From Squalus acanthias (taxonomy: Eukaryota), in the NCBI GenBank assembly GCA_030390025.1, contig CM059425.1:161636001-161700000 (forward strand): 64,000 nucleotides of DNA, read 5' to 3'. Each line of letters opens with the position of its first letter. The first letter of the stretch is position 1. The translations under genes and the position numbers were made by a program. The notes under the pieces were generated by a model that saw nothing but the letters and a program-made list of their open reading frames with translations, made no database searches and had not been told where the DNA came from. This document shows, in pieces, positions 61,210 to 64,000 of the stretch.

Positions 61210-63425
61210 TGTGTTTTTTTTTTCAAGTTTTGCGGGGTTTTTTTCAGAGGCCCAGTGTCGGGAGAAGCTGGTGAGTATTTATTTTCAGTTGCGCGGGTTT
61301 TTTTTCAGAGGCCCAGTGTCGGGAGAAGCCGGTGAGCATTTATACTCAGTTTCGCGGGGTTTTTTTCCGAGGCCCAGTGTCGGGAGAAGCCGGTGAGTAT
61401 TTATACTCAGTTTCGCAGGTTTTTTTCCAGAGGCTTATCAATCTCACAAACCGGCGGCGGCGTGCCAGAGCCACATCACAATTCAAAAATTGACGTGGGC
61501 AAGAGGAAGCAGCTGATTGGGTGAGTACGGCCAGGTGAGTATTTATACTACTCTATAGTTTGACAGTTAAGGTTAATAGTGTATAAGGTTTAGAAGGTCT
61601 TAATTTTGTGGTTTATAGTTTCTAAGGTCTCTGTTGTGTAGCGGGGAGTGCTAGTAAACAAGGGCCCTTGAGTAATTAATATCATTTAATTGTACTGTAA
61701 TTAATGGTCTTTGATTTGATGTAATTTAATTTAAGTTAATTAAAGGGTAAGTCATGGCAGCAAAGCTCGGCCCCGTGGCATGCTCCTCCTGCGCTATGTG
61801 GGAAATCAGGGACACTTCCGGTGTCCCTGACGACCATGTGTGCGGGAAGTGTATCCAGCTGCAGCTACTGGCAGACCACATTGCGGCGCTGGAGCTGTGA
61901 ATGGATATACACTGGAGCATCCGCGAAGCTGAGGACGTTGTGGATAGCACGTTTAGTGAGTTGGTCACACCACAGGTAAACGCTGCACAGGCAGGAAGGG
62001 AATGGGTGACCGTCAGGCAAAGTAGTAGGCACAGGCAGGTAGTGCAGGAGTCCCCTGTGGACATCCCCCTCTCAAACAGATATACCACTTTGGATATTGT
62101 TGGGGGGGGCTGGCTTATCGGGGGAAGGCAGCAGCAGCCAAGTTCATGGCACTGTGGGTGGCTCTGCTGCATAGGACGGGAGGAAAAAGAGCGGGAGAGC
62201 TATAGTGATAGGGGCTTTTATTGTAAGGAGAATAGACAGGCGTTTCTGCGGCTGCAAACGAGACTCCAGGATGGTATGTTGCCTCCTTGGTGCAAGGGTC
62301 AAGGATGTCTCGGAGCGGCTGCAGGGCATTCTGGAGGGGGAGGGTGAACAGCCAGTTGTCGTGGTGCATATAGGTACCAACGATATAGGTAAAAAATGGG
62401 ATGAGGTCCTAAAAGCTGAATATAGGGAGTTAGCAGGTAAATTAAAAAATAGGACCTCAAAGGTAGTAATCTCAGGATTGCTACCAGTGCCACGTGCTAG
62501 TCAGAGTAGAAATAGCAGGATATTTCAGATGAATACGTGGCTAGAGGAATGGTGCAAGGGGGAGGGATTCAAATTCCTGGGACATTGGAACCGGTTCTGG
62601 GGGAGGTGGGACCAGTACAAACTGGACGGTTTGCACCTGGGCAGGACCGGGACCGATGTCCTAGGGAGAGTGTTTGCTAGTGCTGTTGGGGAGGGTTCAA
62701 ACTAAAATGGCAGGGGGTTGGGAACCTGTGCAGGGAGACAGAGAAAAGAGAAACAAGGATAGAAGCAAAAGATAGGAAGGAGAAACGCAAAAGTGGAAGG
62801 CAGAGAAATCAAGGGTGTAAATCAAACAGGGCCACAGTTAAAAATAATTCTAAAAGGACTAAGAGTGTTAAAAAAACAAGCTTTGTGTCTTAATGCGAGG
62901 AGCATTCGTAATAAGGTGGATGAATTAGCTGTGCAAATAGATGTAAACGGATATGATATAATTGGGTTACAGAGACATGGCTCCAGGGTGACCAAGGCTG
63001 GGAACTCAACATCCATGGGTATTCAATATTCAGGAAGGACAGGCAAAAAGGAAAAGGAGGTGGGATAGCATTGCTGGTTAAAGAGGAGATTAACACAATA
63101 GTAAGGAAGGATATTAGCTCGGATGATGTGGAATCTGTATGGGTAGAGATGCGAAATACCAAAGGGCAGAAAACATTAGTGGGAGTTGTATACAGATCCC
63201 CAAACAGTAGTGGTGAGGTTGGGGATGGCATTAAACAGGAAATTAGAGACGCATGCAATAAGGGCACAGCAGTTATCATGGGTGACTTTAATCTGCATAT
63301 AGATGGGGCTAACCAAATTAGTAACAATACTGTGGAGGAGGAATTCCTAGCGTGTATATGGGATGGTTTCCTGGACCAATAAGTCGAGGAACCAACTAGA
63401 GATCCGGCCATCTTAGACTGGTAAT
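61210..63425 (+). mobile_element. CR1 LINE 5' half (same subfamily as 52591-57117), disabled ORF1 from ATG 61754, start of ORF2
   Basis: Reverse-complement match to ~54945-56930; TGA at ~61898 and frameshifts; APE motifs LNARSIRNK and GDFN. Confidence 0.93.
61228..61432 (+). repeat. ~61-bp tandem repeat (about 3.4 units) in CR1 5' UTR
   Basis: Unit GTTTCGCGGGTTTTTTTCAGAGGCCCAGTGTCGGGAGAAGCCGGTGAGTATTTATACTCA. Confidence 0.9.
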
Positions 63426-64000
63426 GGCCCAGAAATTAAACATCGATGGTTCCTGCGGGGGTAAGGATTCCCCGCGATATCGCACTCCGCGCCTACCTTT
63501 TTGTTTCGGGCCCACACAAACTTCAGTTTCAGAGCCTCTCCCTGTTGCCAGCGTGCAGTGCTTGCGTGTCCCAGAGGCGCAATTAGTTCGTGCGAGCTCT
63601 GGGATCACGTGATTCAGTCAGAGCCAATGGCAGCACACCATCTTTCATTCATAGTTTTGACAGCAAGGGCTGTCAAAGCTATGAATACTACAAGCCCCCA
63701 AAAGAACAGCTAAACCTCAATTAAATTTAAAAAAAAGCCATCACATTAATAAAATAACCATAGTTAAATAAATTAACCACTTTAAACAAAAAATTTAATT
63801 TTTGAAAAAATTTAAAATCTTTTTAAAAGTTATAAAAGTAAACTTACCTTTCTTTAAAGTCTCTAAAAAAGATAAACCTGTTGAAATTTTTTTTAAATAA
63901 CACTTAATTAACTACTTACCTTGTTAAAAGGGGGTCCTACGCCTGCTTTCTTTATGTGTAAAATCTTCACCACTTACCTGCGCGTTCAAACCTGAAAAAA
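63426..64000 (+). mobile_element. Harbinger-type MITE inserted in CR1 ORF2 (runs off window)
   Basis: GGCCCAGAAATT after AAT; colinear with 7998-8560 and the reverse complement of 50545-51124. Confidence 0.9.

Noticed and set aside
61228..61432. CRISPR-like array
   Set aside because: Contiguous tandem units without unique spacers, inside a vertebrate LINE UTR; no cas genes.

Overview
Eukaryotic, gene-poor DNA made almost entirely of nested transposable elements. The repeat set (Deu-domain SINE, HE1-like V-SINE, CR1 LINEs with SGNH-esterase ORF1, Neptune-type Penelope element, many PIF/Harbinger elements) points to a cartilaginous fish, probably a shark; this is inference from recalled repeat families. 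I found no supportable host exon, rRNA, true tRNA gene or CRISPR array. Main contents: three near-full or 5'-complete CR1 LINEs, a 5'-truncated RTE LINE with a 12-bp TSD, a young Penelope-like element with ~800-bp pseudo-LTRs and hammerhead-ribozyme motifs, five decayed two-gene Harbinger transposons, their MITEs, hAT and Tc1/mariner MITEs, three solo LTRs with 4-bp TSDs and a probable decayed LTR provirus. Best leads: (1) an ORF1-less APE-RT LINE family with a tRNA-like (Pol III box) head whose ~3.1-kb sense strand has no TTTT run, suggesting a Pol III-transcribed protein-coding retrotransposon; (2) short hammerhead-bearing Penelope termini that insert on their own and sit, inverted, at deletion junctions; (3) a ~32-kb multi-level nested array reconstructable from TSDs. 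Family names come from motif recognition and were not checked against any database.
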